Sequence record: NC_049850.1
Reading direction: 5' to 3' (one strand)
Length of the DNA stretch: 64,000 bases
Numbering within the stretch: position 1 is the first letter of the stretch; each line of letters begins with the position of its first letter. The notes beneath the pieces are model-generated. The model had not been told where the DNA came from. It did no database searches and saw only the letters and a program-made list of their open reading frames with translations. The translations under genes were made by a program, and so were the position numbers. Shown here piece by piece: positions 19,135 through 28,685 of this stretch.

Positions 19135-19144
19135 GTAGTAAATA
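19135..19144 (+). promoter_or_regulatory. class A motif GTAGTAAATA
   Basis: Between ssb and recA, immediately before a terminator hairpin. Confidence 0.4.
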
Positions 19145-19153
19145 AAGTAGGAC

Positions 19154-19189
19154 AGAGCCCGGTAGGCAGAAGTCTATCGGGCTCTTTTT
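19154..19189 (+). terminator. intrinsic terminator
   Basis: AGAGCCCGGTAGGC-agaa-GTCTATCGGGCTCT (with GU pairs) followed by TTTT. Confidence 0.75.
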
Positions 19190-19216
19190 GTTTCCTAATA
19201 ACCGGAACATAGCTAC

Positions 19217-20713
19217 ATGGCAACGAAAAAGGCAGCAGCACCGGCAGCAAAGAAGGCGGCACCCAAGAAGGCACCGGCCGCTAAAAAGACGGCCGTGAAA
19301 GACGAAGTACTCGCGGAAATCGAAGCCGCGACCAAGACACCGAAGTTCGACGTGCGTTCGTTCTATCGTGGAACCATTGACGACGTGAGCCGTCGTCAGG
19401 GCGTTGAGGCCGATCCCATGGAGGACATCAAGCCGCTGAGCACTGGCCTGCTGATGCTGGACCTGCTGTACGGCGGTGGTATCCGACCAGCGATGTACAC
19501 GCACGCTGGCGACGAACAGACGGCAAAGACGACGCTGGCACTGATGGTCATGGTCAACGCAGTCAACAAGAACGTGCCGCTGATCGCGTTCTGGGACTAC
19601 GAGGGCTCGACGAAGAACTCGAAACCGTATCTCGCATCGATCCTGCGTTCGATGGGTGCCAAGGTCGGCATTCGAGACGTGTTCGGCAAGAAAGACAAGG
19701 AAACGGGCCAGTGGCTCGTGCATCCGGTCGTTCAGTACTACCCAGAAACCATTGGCGAGAAGTTCTTCTCGTGGATGGCCGCAATCCAAAAGCAGTACCC
19801 GGACAAGCGTCTGGTGGCCGGTAAGTGGTGGCTGATTTACGACGACAACAAAGCCAACAAGGCCATGATCGGTGACGCACACGATCCGAAGATGGCCAAG
19901 AAATACGGAAAGGGCCTGTGGGTCGAAGCCCCGGACGGCAACCTTCAGGGTGTGGTCATCGTCGACTCGTACCCGGCAATGAACCCGGAGTCGAACGACG
20001 ACGAGGACGCAGACAACTCGTTGGGCGTCCACGCGCGATTCTTCGCCAAGCACCTTCCGCGCGTGAAGGGCCGCATGGGCAAGAAGATGATTGCACTGCT
20101 CGGCATGAACCAGCTTTCGGATATTCCGATGGCCATGTACGGGCCGAAGCAACAAGAGTCGTGCGGCAAGAAGCTGCGCTACTACTCGGATGTCCGAATC
20201 TGGAACACGAAGCGTGGCTCCGGCATGCCGTTCAACGCAGTCTTCGACAAGGAAGAAGGCACCGAACTCGAAAAGAGCGTGACGGGCAAGGGCAACGACT
20301 CGTATCGGTATATCCAGACGAAGACGGTCAAGAACAAGCTGTGGACGCCGGGCCGGAAAGCGTGGTTCCGCATCTGGGTTGCAGACGCCGAAGGCAACGG
20401 CTGCGGTCTCGACCCGTTCTTCGACACGATCATGTATCTGAAGGAGACGGGACAGCTTGTCGGTAACGACCGCAAGCGCCTGACCCTGAAGCTTGACGGC
20501 CTCGATCCGATCCACAAGCCCACGTGGATGGAACTCAAGACGTGGGTGCTCGGGACCAAGGAACAGAAGGTCGAAATCTGCAAGAAGTTCAAGATCGCGA
20601 AGCCGTTCTGTCTGCGTGCATGGTGCTTCAAGCAGAGCGAATCGGGTAAGGGCGAAACGCTCTACGTCGAGCAGAAGGGTGAGAAGAAGGTCAGCGAGGA
20701 ATCGGAGGACTAA
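19217..20713 (+). CDS. recA: RecA/UvsX-like recombinase
   Basis: LSTGLLMLDLLYGGG, Walker A variant GDEQTAKTT, Walker B VIVDS, LLGMNQL, CGKKLRYYSDVRI and KTVKNK. Confidence 0.8.
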   Translation: MATKKAAAPAAKKAAPKKAPAAKKTAVKDEVLAEIEAATKTPKFDVRSFYRGTIDDVSRRQGVEADPMEDIKPLSTGLLMLDLLYGGGIRPAMYTHAGDEQTAKTTLALMVMVNAVNKNVPLIAFWDYEGSTKNSKPYLASILRSMGAKVGIRDVFGKKDKETGQWLVHPVVQYYPETIGEKFFSWMAAIQKQYPDKRLVAGKWWLIYDDNKANKAMIGDAHDPKMAKKYGKGLWVEAPDGNLQGVVIVDSYPAMNPESNDDEDADNSLGVHARFFAKHLPRVKGRMGKKMIALLGMNQLSDIPMAMYGPKQQESCGKKLRYYSDVRIWNTKRGSGMPFNAVFDKEEGTELEKSVTGKGNDSYRYIQTKTVKNKLWTPGRKAWFRIWVADAEGNGCGLDPFFDTIMYLKETGQLVGNDRKRLTLKLDGLDPIHKPTWMELKTWVLGTKEQKVEICKKFKIAKPFCLRAWCFKQSESGKGETLYVEQKGEKKVSEESED

Positions 20714-21411
20714 TGGGATACAATCCGCTCGTGCTCTCCACACGTGAAGAGCAAGAACAGGCGGATGACTTCCTGATGTCCCTGACGCAATTGGCACGGA
20801 CTACTACCAATCCGCAAGGTAGTTCTCCTATGCAAGAGATTGAGCGGAGACTAGCCGAGGCGCAGGCCCCGGAACAAAACGCGAGCGCTCCGGCCCCCCA
20901 GCGGGTACGACGTTCGCGTTTTTTCTATTCTCCGACCAAGAGCTTCAAGGAGGCCGTAGACGATGCTAAGGGGATTTCTGAACCGAAGTCATTGCCTGTT
21001 GAAAATGGTGAGATAAACGACCGGGCCGAGGCGTACGCGCGTGAACTCCCTGTCGCGCTCTCGGACAAGATCGCGGTTATACGCGAGTACCTGTTGAACG
21101 AGTGGGCACCGTCTGCGTTTGCGACGAGCGCGGCCACCGCACAGTTCATGGATGTTGCGCAACGTACACTTGGGACTGCCATCGACACGCAGCCCATGAT
21201 GAAGCTGCAACTCATGGTCGACAAGGCACTCACCGTCAAGATGGCTGAGTTCGTAGCCAAGTTCATGAATCTGGACCCTTCTCAGGCACCGGCACTAGCA
21301 GATCACGTGGCCCCCAAGAAGGAGGCCATCATCATCCATCCACATGACGACGAGCGCCGTCAGCGGCAGCGTCCAGCACCACGCAGAGAACGAGAAGATG
21401 AAGAAGATTGA
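20713..21411 (+). CDS. hypothetical protein
   Basis: 232-aa ORF between recA and terL, overlapping both. Confidence 0.6.
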   Translation: MGYNPLVLSTREEQEQADDFLMSLTQLARTTTNPQGSSPMQEIERRLAEAQAPEQNASAPAPQRVRRSRFFYSPTKSFKEAVDDAKGISEPKSLPVENGEINDRAEAYARELPVALSDKIAVIREYLLNEWAPSAFATSAATAQFMDVAQRTLGTAIDTQPMMKLQLMVDKALTVKMAEFVAKFMNLDPSQAPALADHVAPKKEAIIIHPHDDERRQRQRPAPRREREDEED

Positions 21412-23602
21412 CTATTCGAGGGTGACCGGCGTAGCTGATCATCTTGCGGAACTTGCCGAGTCGGGTGATTACAATCTGTTTCCCGGCCTCCTTTCGGACT
21501 CCGAAATGGAAGAGATTCAGCGTCGACGCGTGAAGGCAAAGCCGAAGGGCAAAGTCGCCACCGTGCGCGAAGACGAGTACATCATCAAGGGTGGCGGTGT
21601 CAGCGACGATGGTGAGGTCGTCGACGACTTTGACATCGCACGCTACATGGCAGAGGCCGAGGACAAGGAAACGGGCGTCCTGCACGATCTGAAGATCGAT
21701 ACGCGCGACATGCGCGCTGCCAAGAACTTCTACGACTACGCATTCAACATGCAGTCGGCAAAGGCAAACCCTCCGTGGTCGCGCCAGATGTGGGTTGGCC
21801 TGATGCTATTCGGTGAGGTGTGTCCACGCTGTTCGGATCACGACTGGCTAGACATTCACAACGTTCCGGTCGACTTCAAGGCCAAGGACATGCCGGATCG
21901 CCTACAGTTGCTGGAGTTCGGAAAGTGCCCGCGTTGCGGCTCCGACAAGTGGGACCTGATTCAAAACCACGGACTCCGAAACTACATGCAGTACGTGGGC
22001 GTGATCGGGCAGCGGGGCTCGAAGTCGTCGCTCACCGCACTCCTGTCCTCGTACTCGCTGCATCGGTTTGTCAAGTTCCCGAACTACGCATCGCTGTCGA
22101 AGTCGATGCAGGCGTCGACCGAGTTGACCGGCACGTTCGTATCGCTGACGTTTGCCAAGGCCGTTGGTGTTCTGTGGACTCCGTTCAAGAAGATCATCGA
22201 AGAGAGCGACTGGTGGAAGGGATTGTTCGATATCCTGAAGCATCACGGTAACCAGATGGGCACCGAGTTGTACACGATGTCGAGCCTGTACCTGACGCTA
22301 GGCTACAAGAACATACGATTCTACCCAAGCGGCCCGAAGTCGAGCACGCTGCGGGGGGACACGCGGATTCTTGCGGCACTGGACGAATTGGGTCTGTTCC
22401 CGCTTCCGACAGGAGATAGTGAGGAAGACGAAACAAGTGAACGTGCAAACTCGGACGAGGCGCACAAGTCGCTGTACAACAGTCTCGGTACTGTTTCGGT
22501 CACCTACGAAAACCTGCTGAAGGAAGGCGTATCCAGCGCACCGCCACCTCTGCTCTTCAACGTGTCGTCGCCGTACTCGCAGCGCGACAAGATGATGCGG
22601 CTGCTTCGGGAGGCGCGGACGCCGGACGGTGAGAAGGTGATGCTTGGCGTCAACCTCGCGACGTGGGAAATGAACCCGTTCTACACGCGAAACTCCCAGA
22701 TCATCGCACAGGCGTACGCAGCCAACCCCGAAAAGGCGGCTCGTGACTGGGGTGCAAGTCCTCCGGCCGTACACTCGCGATTCATCCATCCGGATACTGT
22801 GGGCGAAGGTGTGTTTGTTGGCGGTCCTAACGCTCACAACTTCATCTACCAATTCGACAAGCCGGGTGAGGTGTATGGGCGCATCGAGCGGGTACGCGGT
22901 AACCAGTGGCCGAGCATCATCGCTATCGACGCAGGTTCCTCGAACAACTCGTTCTGTATCGCGGCCGTGCACTACAACTTCGAGACCGGGAAGACGGTGG
23001 TCGGAACCGCACTCGAATGTATTCCGATGAACGGGAAGAAGGTAAACTTCAACCTGCTGTACCTGAACGTGATCCTGAAACTGGCGCGCGAAACGAATGC
23101 GGTTGGCATGGTGGCCGACCAATGGCAGTCGATTGATCTGTTGCAGCGTATCCGCGAGGACATGGGCCTGAATCCGCTCGGGAAACCCCGGTGCTTGCCT
23201 CGTCAGTACTCGCCACGTCGTAAGGACTTCGATGCATGTCGCGCGATGCTCACGTCGAAGAACCTGATTCTTCCGACAATCACCGAGTCTGATCGGGATC
23301 GGATTGTGGCGGGCGGTATCGACGATTACCGCTCTGAATTCATGAACCGTCCGGTTCCCCACATTCTGCACCAGATGATCACGGTGCGCGATGTGGGCCC
23401 CGAAAAGTGCCCGGAAAAGGGCGAAGGCTACACCGACGACATGTTCCGGGCCATCGTTTTGGGCTCTACCATCGTCCACCATCCGAGAGTGATGGAGCGT
23501 CTGGCAGAAGCGCGGAACTTCAACTACGGCGGCGACAACGGAAACCGTATGCCGGAACCCGGATTTGCTGGTCGCTCGGGTGGCTTCGGGGCACGTCGAT
23601 AA
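21398..23602 (+). CDS. terL: terminase large subunit
   Basis: Walker A GQRGSKS, Walker B AALDE, coupling motif VSSP, nuclease IAIDAG and TDDM. Confidence 0.8.
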   Translation: MKKIDYSRVTGVADHLAELAESGDYNLFPGLLSDSEMEEIQRRRVKAKPKGKVATVREDEYIIKGGGVSDDGEVVDDFDIARYMAEAEDKETGVLHDLKIDTRDMRAAKNFYDYAFNMQSAKANPPWSRQMWVGLMLFGEVCPRCSDHDWLDIHNVPVDFKAKDMPDRLQLLEFGKCPRCGSDKWDLIQNHGLRNYMQYVGVIGQRGSKSSLTALLSSYSLHRFVKFPNYASLSKSMQASTELTGTFVSLTFAKAVGVLWTPFKKIIEESDWWKGLFDILKHHGNQMGTELYTMSSLYLTLGYKNIRFYPSGPKSSTLRGDTRILAALDELGLFPLPTGDSEEDETSERANSDEAHKSLYNSLGTVSVTYENLLKEGVSSAPPPLLFNVSSPYSQRDKMMRLLREARTPDGEKVMLGVNLATWEMNPFYTRNSQIIAQAYAANPEKAARDWGASPPAVHSRFIHPDTVGEGVFVGGPNAHNFIYQFDKPGEVYGRIERVRGNQWPSIIAIDAGSSNNSFCIAAVHYNFETGKTVVGTALECIPMNGKKVNFNLLYLNVILKLARETNAVGMVADQWQSIDLLQRIREDMGLNPLGKPRCLPRQYSPRRKDFDACRAMLTSKNLILPTITESDRDRIVAGGIDDYRSEFMNRPVPHILHQMITVRDVGPEKCPEKGEGYTDDMFRAIVLGSTIVHHPRVMERLAEARNFNYGGDNGNRMPEPGFAGRSGGFGARR

Positions 23603-23614
23603 GCGGTTAAATCC

Positions 23615-23624
23615 TCAATTTTAG
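23615..23624 (+). promoter_or_regulatory. class B motif TCAATTTTAG inside a 9-bp inverted repeat covering the ruvC RBS
   Basis: ATCCTCAAT (23611-19) pairs with ATTGAGGAT (23635-43). Confidence 0.55.
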
Positions 23625-23648
23625 TGTACCAATTATTGAGGATTGCGT

Positions 23649-24275
23649 ATGGCTAAAAAGAAAGTGAAAAAGCCGCGCGAAGCCTACGTTTTGCCCGAGA
23701 CCTCGGGTCTGGCACCTGACACCAAGCGTGTTTTGGCGCTGGACCCGGGGTCTAGCAACACGGGTATCGCGCTAGTTGCCGTAAATTCGGCAGGGCGGGT
23801 GAAAGTCATGGCCAACGCGGTACTGGAAAAGCCCGTAGCAGACCTAACCAAGTTCGGAGAATCGCGGACCGCATTTTTGGCAGAGATTAAACGGTGGGTC
23901 GACCTGTACCAACCGCAGGGTTTCATTGCCGAGCGGTTCATGACGCGCGGACAGCAATCGATGGGTACTACTATCGAATGCGTGTCCGTCATGATCGGGC
24001 TGATGGCCGGAACCTATCCGGAAATTCCGATGCTCACGATCCCGGCAGCGCAGTGGAAGAACGCATGGCACCACAGGCACAAGGGTGCCACGCTCGAAGA
24101 GACGTACAAGATTTCGCGCACAACCCCTCACCAAGTAGATGCCGCGTTCATTGGCATCTACGCACTGGAGCGTGGGTTGGGCAAGACGTTCGAATACGAC
24201 CCGATGCGTATCGTTCACCAAGCAGAGATCACAAGCTGTACCAGACTTGTAAATCGTAGACCAAAGAAGAGGTGA
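23649..24275 (+). CDS. ruvC: RuvC-like Holliday junction resolvase
   Basis: VLALDPGSSNTG, IAER and HQVDA motifs. Confidence 0.8.
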   Translation: MAKKKVKKPREAYVLPETSGLAPDTKRVLALDPGSSNTGIALVAVNSAGRVKVMANAVLEKPVADLTKFGESRTAFLAEIKRWVDLYQPQGFIAERFMTRGQQSMGTTIECVSVMIGLMAGTYPEIPMLTIPAAQWKNAWHHRHKGATLEETYKISRTTPHQVDAAFIGIYALERGLGKTFEYDPMRIVHQAEITSCTRLVNRRPKKR

Positions 24276-24279
24276 GGAC

Positions 24280-24519
24280 ATGAAAGCACAACTTCCTCAA
24301 GCATTCACGAGTGCGGGCGTTACCCGCACCCAGATCGCAGCCGCAATCGCGCCCGCAAACAAGATCGAAGCGCGCATCAACATGAGCGCTGAAGTGGCGG
24401 GTGCCGGGCTCTGCCCCGAGTGTAAGAAGCCAATGGAACGCAGCAACGCCAACGGCTTCCCAGTCCTGATCTGTGAGGCGCACCGTATCGCTATACCGAT
24501 GCCCAACGGAACCGTGTGA
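24280..24519 (+). CDS. small zinc-ribbon protein
   Basis: CPEC...CEAH; GAGGA RBS. Confidence 0.55.
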   Translation: MKAQLPQAFTSAGVTRTQIAAAIAPANKIEARINMSAEVAGAGLCPECKKPMERSNANGFPVLICEAHRIAIPMPNGTV

Positions 24520-24526
24520 GGCTCCT

Positions 24527-25393
24527 ATGGCTGAGAAAAAGAAACCCGCGCTGACCATCGAAGAAATGATGGGCTTTGATCTGCGGGACAAAACCGATGC
24601 GATGCCCAAGAAGGTGAAGAAGGACAAGACGAAGGTAAAACGGGCTCCGGCTCTGGATATCGAAGACGTGGAAGCGGTCGAGATTCCGGTGCCGAAGAAA
24701 AAGAAGCGAGGGCGTCCACCGGAACCGCGCAACGACGAAATGACCCGTCGCGAGCGTGACCGGGACGCACCAGCCCCGTCTACGGCTCTCGAAGTCATTG
24801 GGCGCGATCCGCTCGAAGACGACGAAGACGACATGGCGCTTACTGTGGTCAAGAAAAAGAAACGTAAGGAGTCCGACGAAGATTCCGGAAACCGAATCTC
24901 TCGACTGAAGTCTAGCGGCCTGAACTCCATTCTTGGTGACGATGCCGAAAAGCTGCAACAGCTTCTCGAAGACGGTGACGCCGATTCAGCGGCCAACGCT
25001 CTTCAGAAGCGGATGCTTCAGACCTGTATTGACCTGATTGCAGAGGTTGAAAACGGGGTTCGCGAATCGAAGGGGCGCTACGGTGTCCACTCGTTCAACA
25101 ACCTCATCATGTCGATTCGTGAACTCATGACCGACATGCAACAAACGAAGGATCGGGGCGCTATAGGGCTGACTATCAGTGAGACGGTGTTGCGACCGCT
25201 CTTGCTCGACATTGCGATGATGATCATGAACGAAACAGCGGCTATTACGGCTGCTGTGAAGCCTTTAGTATCCCTTGACGACTTCAAAGAGTTTCGTAAA
25301 GAGATAGATGAGGTTCGCGCGCGTACCGGCGCGTTCATGCAGTCGTCGTATGAGGGGGCACGAGATCGCATCATCGAGTTCATGCAACGTTAA
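24527..25393 (+). CDS. hypothetical protein (charged disordered N-terminus, helical C-terminus)
   Basis: ATG 24527 with GAGG RBS. Confidence 0.65.
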   Translation: MAEKKKPALTIEEMMGFDLRDKTDAMPKKVKKDKTKVKRAPALDIEDVEAVEIPVPKKKKRGRPPEPRNDEMTRRERDRDAPAPSTALEVIGRDPLEDDEDDMALTVVKKKKRKESDEDSGNRISRLKSSGLNSILGDDAEKLQQLLEDGDADSAANALQKRMLQTCIDLIAEVENGVRESKGRYGVHSFNNLIMSIRELMTDMQQTKDRGAIGLTISETVLRPLLLDIAMMIMNETAAITAAVKPLVSLDDFKEFRKEIDEVRARTGAFMQSSYEGARDRIIEFMQR

Positions 25394-25407
25394 CGAAGGT
25401 GGTGATC

Positions 25408-25545
25408 ATGATCTTGTCGACTTATGCTTCTGCGGTGCACCTCGGTGCATTCATTCTTTCGGTGTACGGAGTGTCGGAATTCGCGCACGAGGTAACGCTG
25501 CATCTGGCAGCAAAGGATATGTGGTGGCAAAGAAATCGACAATGA
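25408..25545 (+). CDS. small 45-aa hydrophobic protein (absent from the ORF track)
   Basis: MILSTYASAVHLGAFILSVYGVSEF...; it fills the gap and its stop overlaps the next ATG (ATGA). Confidence 0.5.
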   Translation: MILSTYASAVHLGAFILSVYGVSEFAHEVTLHLAAKDMWWQRNRQ

Positions 25546-26018
25546 CGCGGGCCGAGATTGCTACAACAATCAAGGCCAAGATCGCGGACTATTGGCGAGA
25601 GAAGATGTATGCCGTTAGCGCAGAGGTCGGCCTGAATAAGGGCGGTTCTCTGCGCGCTGACGTTTTAGCGGTCCACATGAAGAACGAGATCGTGATGATC
25701 GAGGTGAAATCGTGTGTGGCTGACTTCCGAAACGACAAGAAGTGGCCGCAGTATCTGAAGTACTGCAATCGACTGTTCTTCGCAGTCGGTGCCGCGACAT
25801 ACGAGAAAATCAAAGCTGATATTCCGCCTGAAGTTGGGGTGTTCGTCATTCGCTCCTATCTAAACAAGAAGTATTCGTACAAGCGTACAGCCATACGAAT
25901 GGTCAGGTCTGCGAAGCATCGTGAGATCGACCCGAGCATTATGGCCAACGTGGCTATTCGCATGGCATACCGTGGGGCCGACATGACGCGGTTCCGGGTA
26001 AACAACAGAATCAAATAA
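25542..26018 (+). CDS. MmcB-like PD-(D/E)XK nuclease
   Basis: EV.L....RADVLA...IEVKSCVADFRNDKKW..YL.YC.RLFFAV. Confidence 0.7.
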   Translation: MTRAEIATTIKAKIADYWREKMYAVSAEVGLNKGGSLRADVLAVHMKNEIVMIEVKSCVADFRNDKKWPQYLKYCNRLFFAVGAATYEKIKADIPPEVGVFVIRSYLNKKYSYKRTAIRMVRSAKHREIDPSIMANVAIRMAYRGADMTRFRVNNRIK

Positions 26019-26028
26019 GGAGTAGTCA

Positions 26029-27984
26029 ATGTACACGCGCAATCGCATTCTCGGGGTCCATGGTGGCTCCATCAACGTAGACCCGGTTGGTGACAGTAAC
26101 GTGGTTGCTGCCCGGGCAGTGCGCGCGAACATGATGCCTGTGACCGCGAACATGGGTTACGGTGGTCTGGGCCTTGGCGGCGGTTCCGGTGCCTCCACAA
26201 ACGTCAACAGTTTCTGGGCATCGAACTATCAGTACATGATGACGGGCATTCTGCCCGCAGACCCGGGGCTCACCGACACTGCCAACCTGAAGCTGTTCTA
26301 TCGGGACATCTACCTGTTCGACAGCACTGCGGGTTCCGCAATCGATATTCAGTCGCACTTCCCATTCTCGGACTGGGAATTGCGCGGCCTCACGGAGAAG
26401 GAACTTGCTCCGTTCAACGAGACGCTGATGCGCCTCAACATCCGCCAGATGCTGCCGTTGATCAGCACTGCTTATCTGGTAGACGGATTCTTCTGCGGGT
26501 CCATGGTGTTCGATCCGCGTTCGCGCCAGTTCATGGACACGCTCATCCATGACGCGCTTTCCTGCAACGTGCTTCCGTCGTCGTTCTTCTGCATCGATCC
26601 CGAGATCAGTGTGACTACGAGTCAGGCAACGCAGCAGATGTTGCATTCTGCCTCAGAGTACACGCGTCGCTATCTCGATTCGATGCCGCAGTCGTTTGTG
26701 AACCAGCTTCGCGACGGCGCGTTCACGCTGGACCCAGTGACCATGCTGTATGTGGCGCGTCGCTCCACCACGGACCGTGCGTCGACCTCGTACCTGCACC
26801 GTATCCTCCCGATGTACCTGATCGAGAAGACGCTGTTCCGTGGCACGCTCACCGAGGCGCAACGACGCCAACGTGCAATGACCCACCTGACGGCAGGCGA
26901 CGACAAGTGGACGCCGACTGGCGAAGAACTGAACGCGCTGGTCCGCACGTTCCAGCAGGCCGAATACGATCCGCTCGGCGGCTGGGTGTCGACTCGTAAC
27001 GCGGTTCAGGCGGTCGACATTCGACCCGGTGGTGACTTCTGGCGCTGGTACGATACGGCCGACGTTCTGGTGCCGTACAAGCTGCGTGCCATGGGCATCA
27101 GCGAGGCGTTCATGGAAGGCGACACTTCGTACGCGGCAGCAGAGTCTGCGTACTCGTCGTTCCTTGAGACCCAGAACTCGTACCGACAGTACCTGACGGA
27201 CTCGATCTTCTACTCGAAGATTTTCCCGCTCGTCGCCGTCATCAACGACCTGTACAAGGACCCGAAGAAGCGTGCGCAGACCGGTCACGTCGTCGACTTC
27301 CTGTTCAACAAGGGCAACCGCCAGAACCTCAAGATGCCGCAGCTTCACTGGCACAAGAAGCTTGAGGTGAAGGGCGAAGAGAACATGATGGAAATGCTCG
27401 AACTCGCATCCGAGAAGGGCGTTCCAGTTCCGCTCAAGATGTGGATGGCAGCAGCCCAGATCGATCCAGAAGCGCTCGACCGCGACCTCAAGGAAGATCG
27501 TGCGTATCGCGCGATGCTCCAGAAGTACACGGGCAAGGACACCAGCTTCCAAGCCGAGACCGAGAACATCAACAGCCCTTGGGTGGGCAAAGAGGGTGGA
27601 TGGGGTCATGGTGGCCCGCGCAGTGATCGTGATGAAATGGAAGACCGTGGTATCGAGCGAGCCGAGGAACCCGAGTTGCGCGCCCTGTTCGAACGCACGG
27701 CCGCTGGTAACCGCACCAGCGAATCCTTCAACCTCAATAGCCGGGGCTACCGTCAGCCGCTGCTGGCACGTGAATTCGAAGGCGACTCGTGGACGTTGAC
27801 GAAGACTGGCAAAATCAAGCACAACCCGAATCCGGTGAACGCTCGACGCCAGATGAACGACAACATCTACAAGATCGCGAAGCGCGCGACACGCGATCCG
27901 AACTACCGTGCGGAGTTGAAGAAACGCAATATCGAAAAACGGGGAAGCGCGGTCCTGCGCCACAACCCCGCACTCAAGGACTGA
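26029..27984 (+). CDS. probable portal protein
   Basis: 651 aa downstream of terL; YRDIY..D...GSAIDI, helical content and GDTSYAAA pattern resemble myovirus portals. Confidence 0.55.
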   Translation: MYTRNRILGVHGGSINVDPVGDSNVVAARAVRANMMPVTANMGYGGLGLGGGSGASTNVNSFWASNYQYMMTGILPADPGLTDTANLKLFYRDIYLFDSTAGSAIDIQSHFPFSDWELRGLTEKELAPFNETLMRLNIRQMLPLISTAYLVDGFFCGSMVFDPRSRQFMDTLIHDALSCNVLPSSFFCIDPEISVTTSQATQQMLHSASEYTRRYLDSMPQSFVNQLRDGAFTLDPVTMLYVARRSTTDRASTSYLHRILPMYLIEKTLFRGTLTEAQRRQRAMTHLTAGDDKWTPTGEELNALVRTFQQAEYDPLGGWVSTRNAVQAVDIRPGGDFWRWYDTADVLVPYKLRAMGISEAFMEGDTSYAAAESAYSSFLETQNSYRQYLTDSIFYSKIFPLVAVINDLYKDPKKRAQTGHVVDFLFNKGNRQNLKMPQLHWHKKLEVKGEENMMEMLELASEKGVPVPLKMWMAAAQIDPEALDRDLKEDRAYRAMLQKYTGKDTSFQAETENINSPWVGKEGGWGHGGPRSDRDEMEDRGIERAEEPELRALFERTAAGNRTSESFNLNSRGYRQPLLAREFEGDSWTLTKTGKIKHNPNPVNARRQMNDNIYKIAKRATRDPNYRAELKKRNIEKRGSAVLRHNPALKD

Positions 27985-27990
27985 CAAATT

Positions 27991-28233
27991 ATGTACTCCT
28001 TTCTTGTGAACTCTAGCCGACCGGACCCCAACGATTTCAGTTGGCACGTTTACTCGAAAGCTACACCCACGGCAGTCAGCGCGAACCTCACGCTCGAAAA
28101 AGGCGTCAAGTTTGGGGTTCGCGCGCACCCGGTGTCGCAACACTCTGTTCAGGTGGTAGTCGCTGGTGCGTCGCGCGTCTATAGCGTGAGTGCCCACCGA
28201 CTTCCCCGCCTCTCCAAAGGAGCACGAAAATGA
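27991..28233 (+). CDS. hypothetical protein
   Basis: 80-aa ORF in the operon. Confidence 0.5.
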   Translation: MYSFLVNSSRPDPNDFSWHVYSKATPTAVSANLTLEKGVKFGVRAHPVSQHSVQVVVAGASRVYSVSAHRLPRLSKGARK

Positions 28234-28676
28234 AGCCGAACATTCTGCACTGGGGAATCGTGTACGACAGGTACACCCCGGCCGTCGAAGGGCAGATCGT
28301 TCGCGATCTGATCCTCGTCATCAATAAGGCACGTAGTGAGTACTCCGACGTAATCGTCGTGTGCGAATCCGATGAGCCGCGTCGCGCGGTCGAAGCTCTT
28401 GGCATAGACCTCGATAACACGGTTGAACTCGCGAAATACTGGGTGCAGTACAAGACAGGAGAGCGCTGGCCCCCGGTCCCCGGCAACGCCCGAGCCATCG
28501 TTCAGCGTGACCTGTATCAGAAGCCCGCAAAGGTACGTATGGACCCGAGCGGTCGTGACAAGGGCTTCTTCCTGCCAGAACAGGGGAAGCCAAACAACAA
28601 CTACCTGACGCTAAACCGGCCAGCGCCTAACGGCTATGCGCCGGTTGACCCGATTCTGGTGTCGTTGTGGACCTAA
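28230..28676 (+). CDS. hypothetical protein
   Basis: 148-aa ORF with AGGAG RBS. Confidence 0.6.
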   Translation: MKPNILHWGIVYDRYTPAVEGQIVRDLILVINKARSEYSDVIVVCESDEPRRAVEALGIDLDNTVELAKYWVQYKTGERWPPVPGNARAIVQRDLYQKPAKVRMDPSGRDKGFFLPEQGKPNNNYLTLNRPAPNGYAPVDPILVSLWT

Positions 28677-28685
28677 AGGACGATC

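Noticed and set aside
17946-19138. Ser-rich and Thr/Arg-rich ORFs in other frames over the ssb tail
   Set aside because: By-products of the GAC/GAA/AAG repeat.
18365-20797. 810-aa antisense ORF, and similar long ones at 8027-9481, 26653-28197, 39042-40835 and 3461-4768
   Set aside because: They shadow well-supported + strand genes. GC-rich codon bias depletes antisense stops, and the products lack motifs or RBSs.
20713-21411. Calling this ORF the small terminase subunit
   Set aside because: Only position supports it; no recognisable HTH or TerS motif.
1958-23602. Introns or inteins in polA, thyX, recA or terL
   Set aside because: The ORFs are continuous and no intein splice motifs are evident. 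Both homing nucleases are free-standing.
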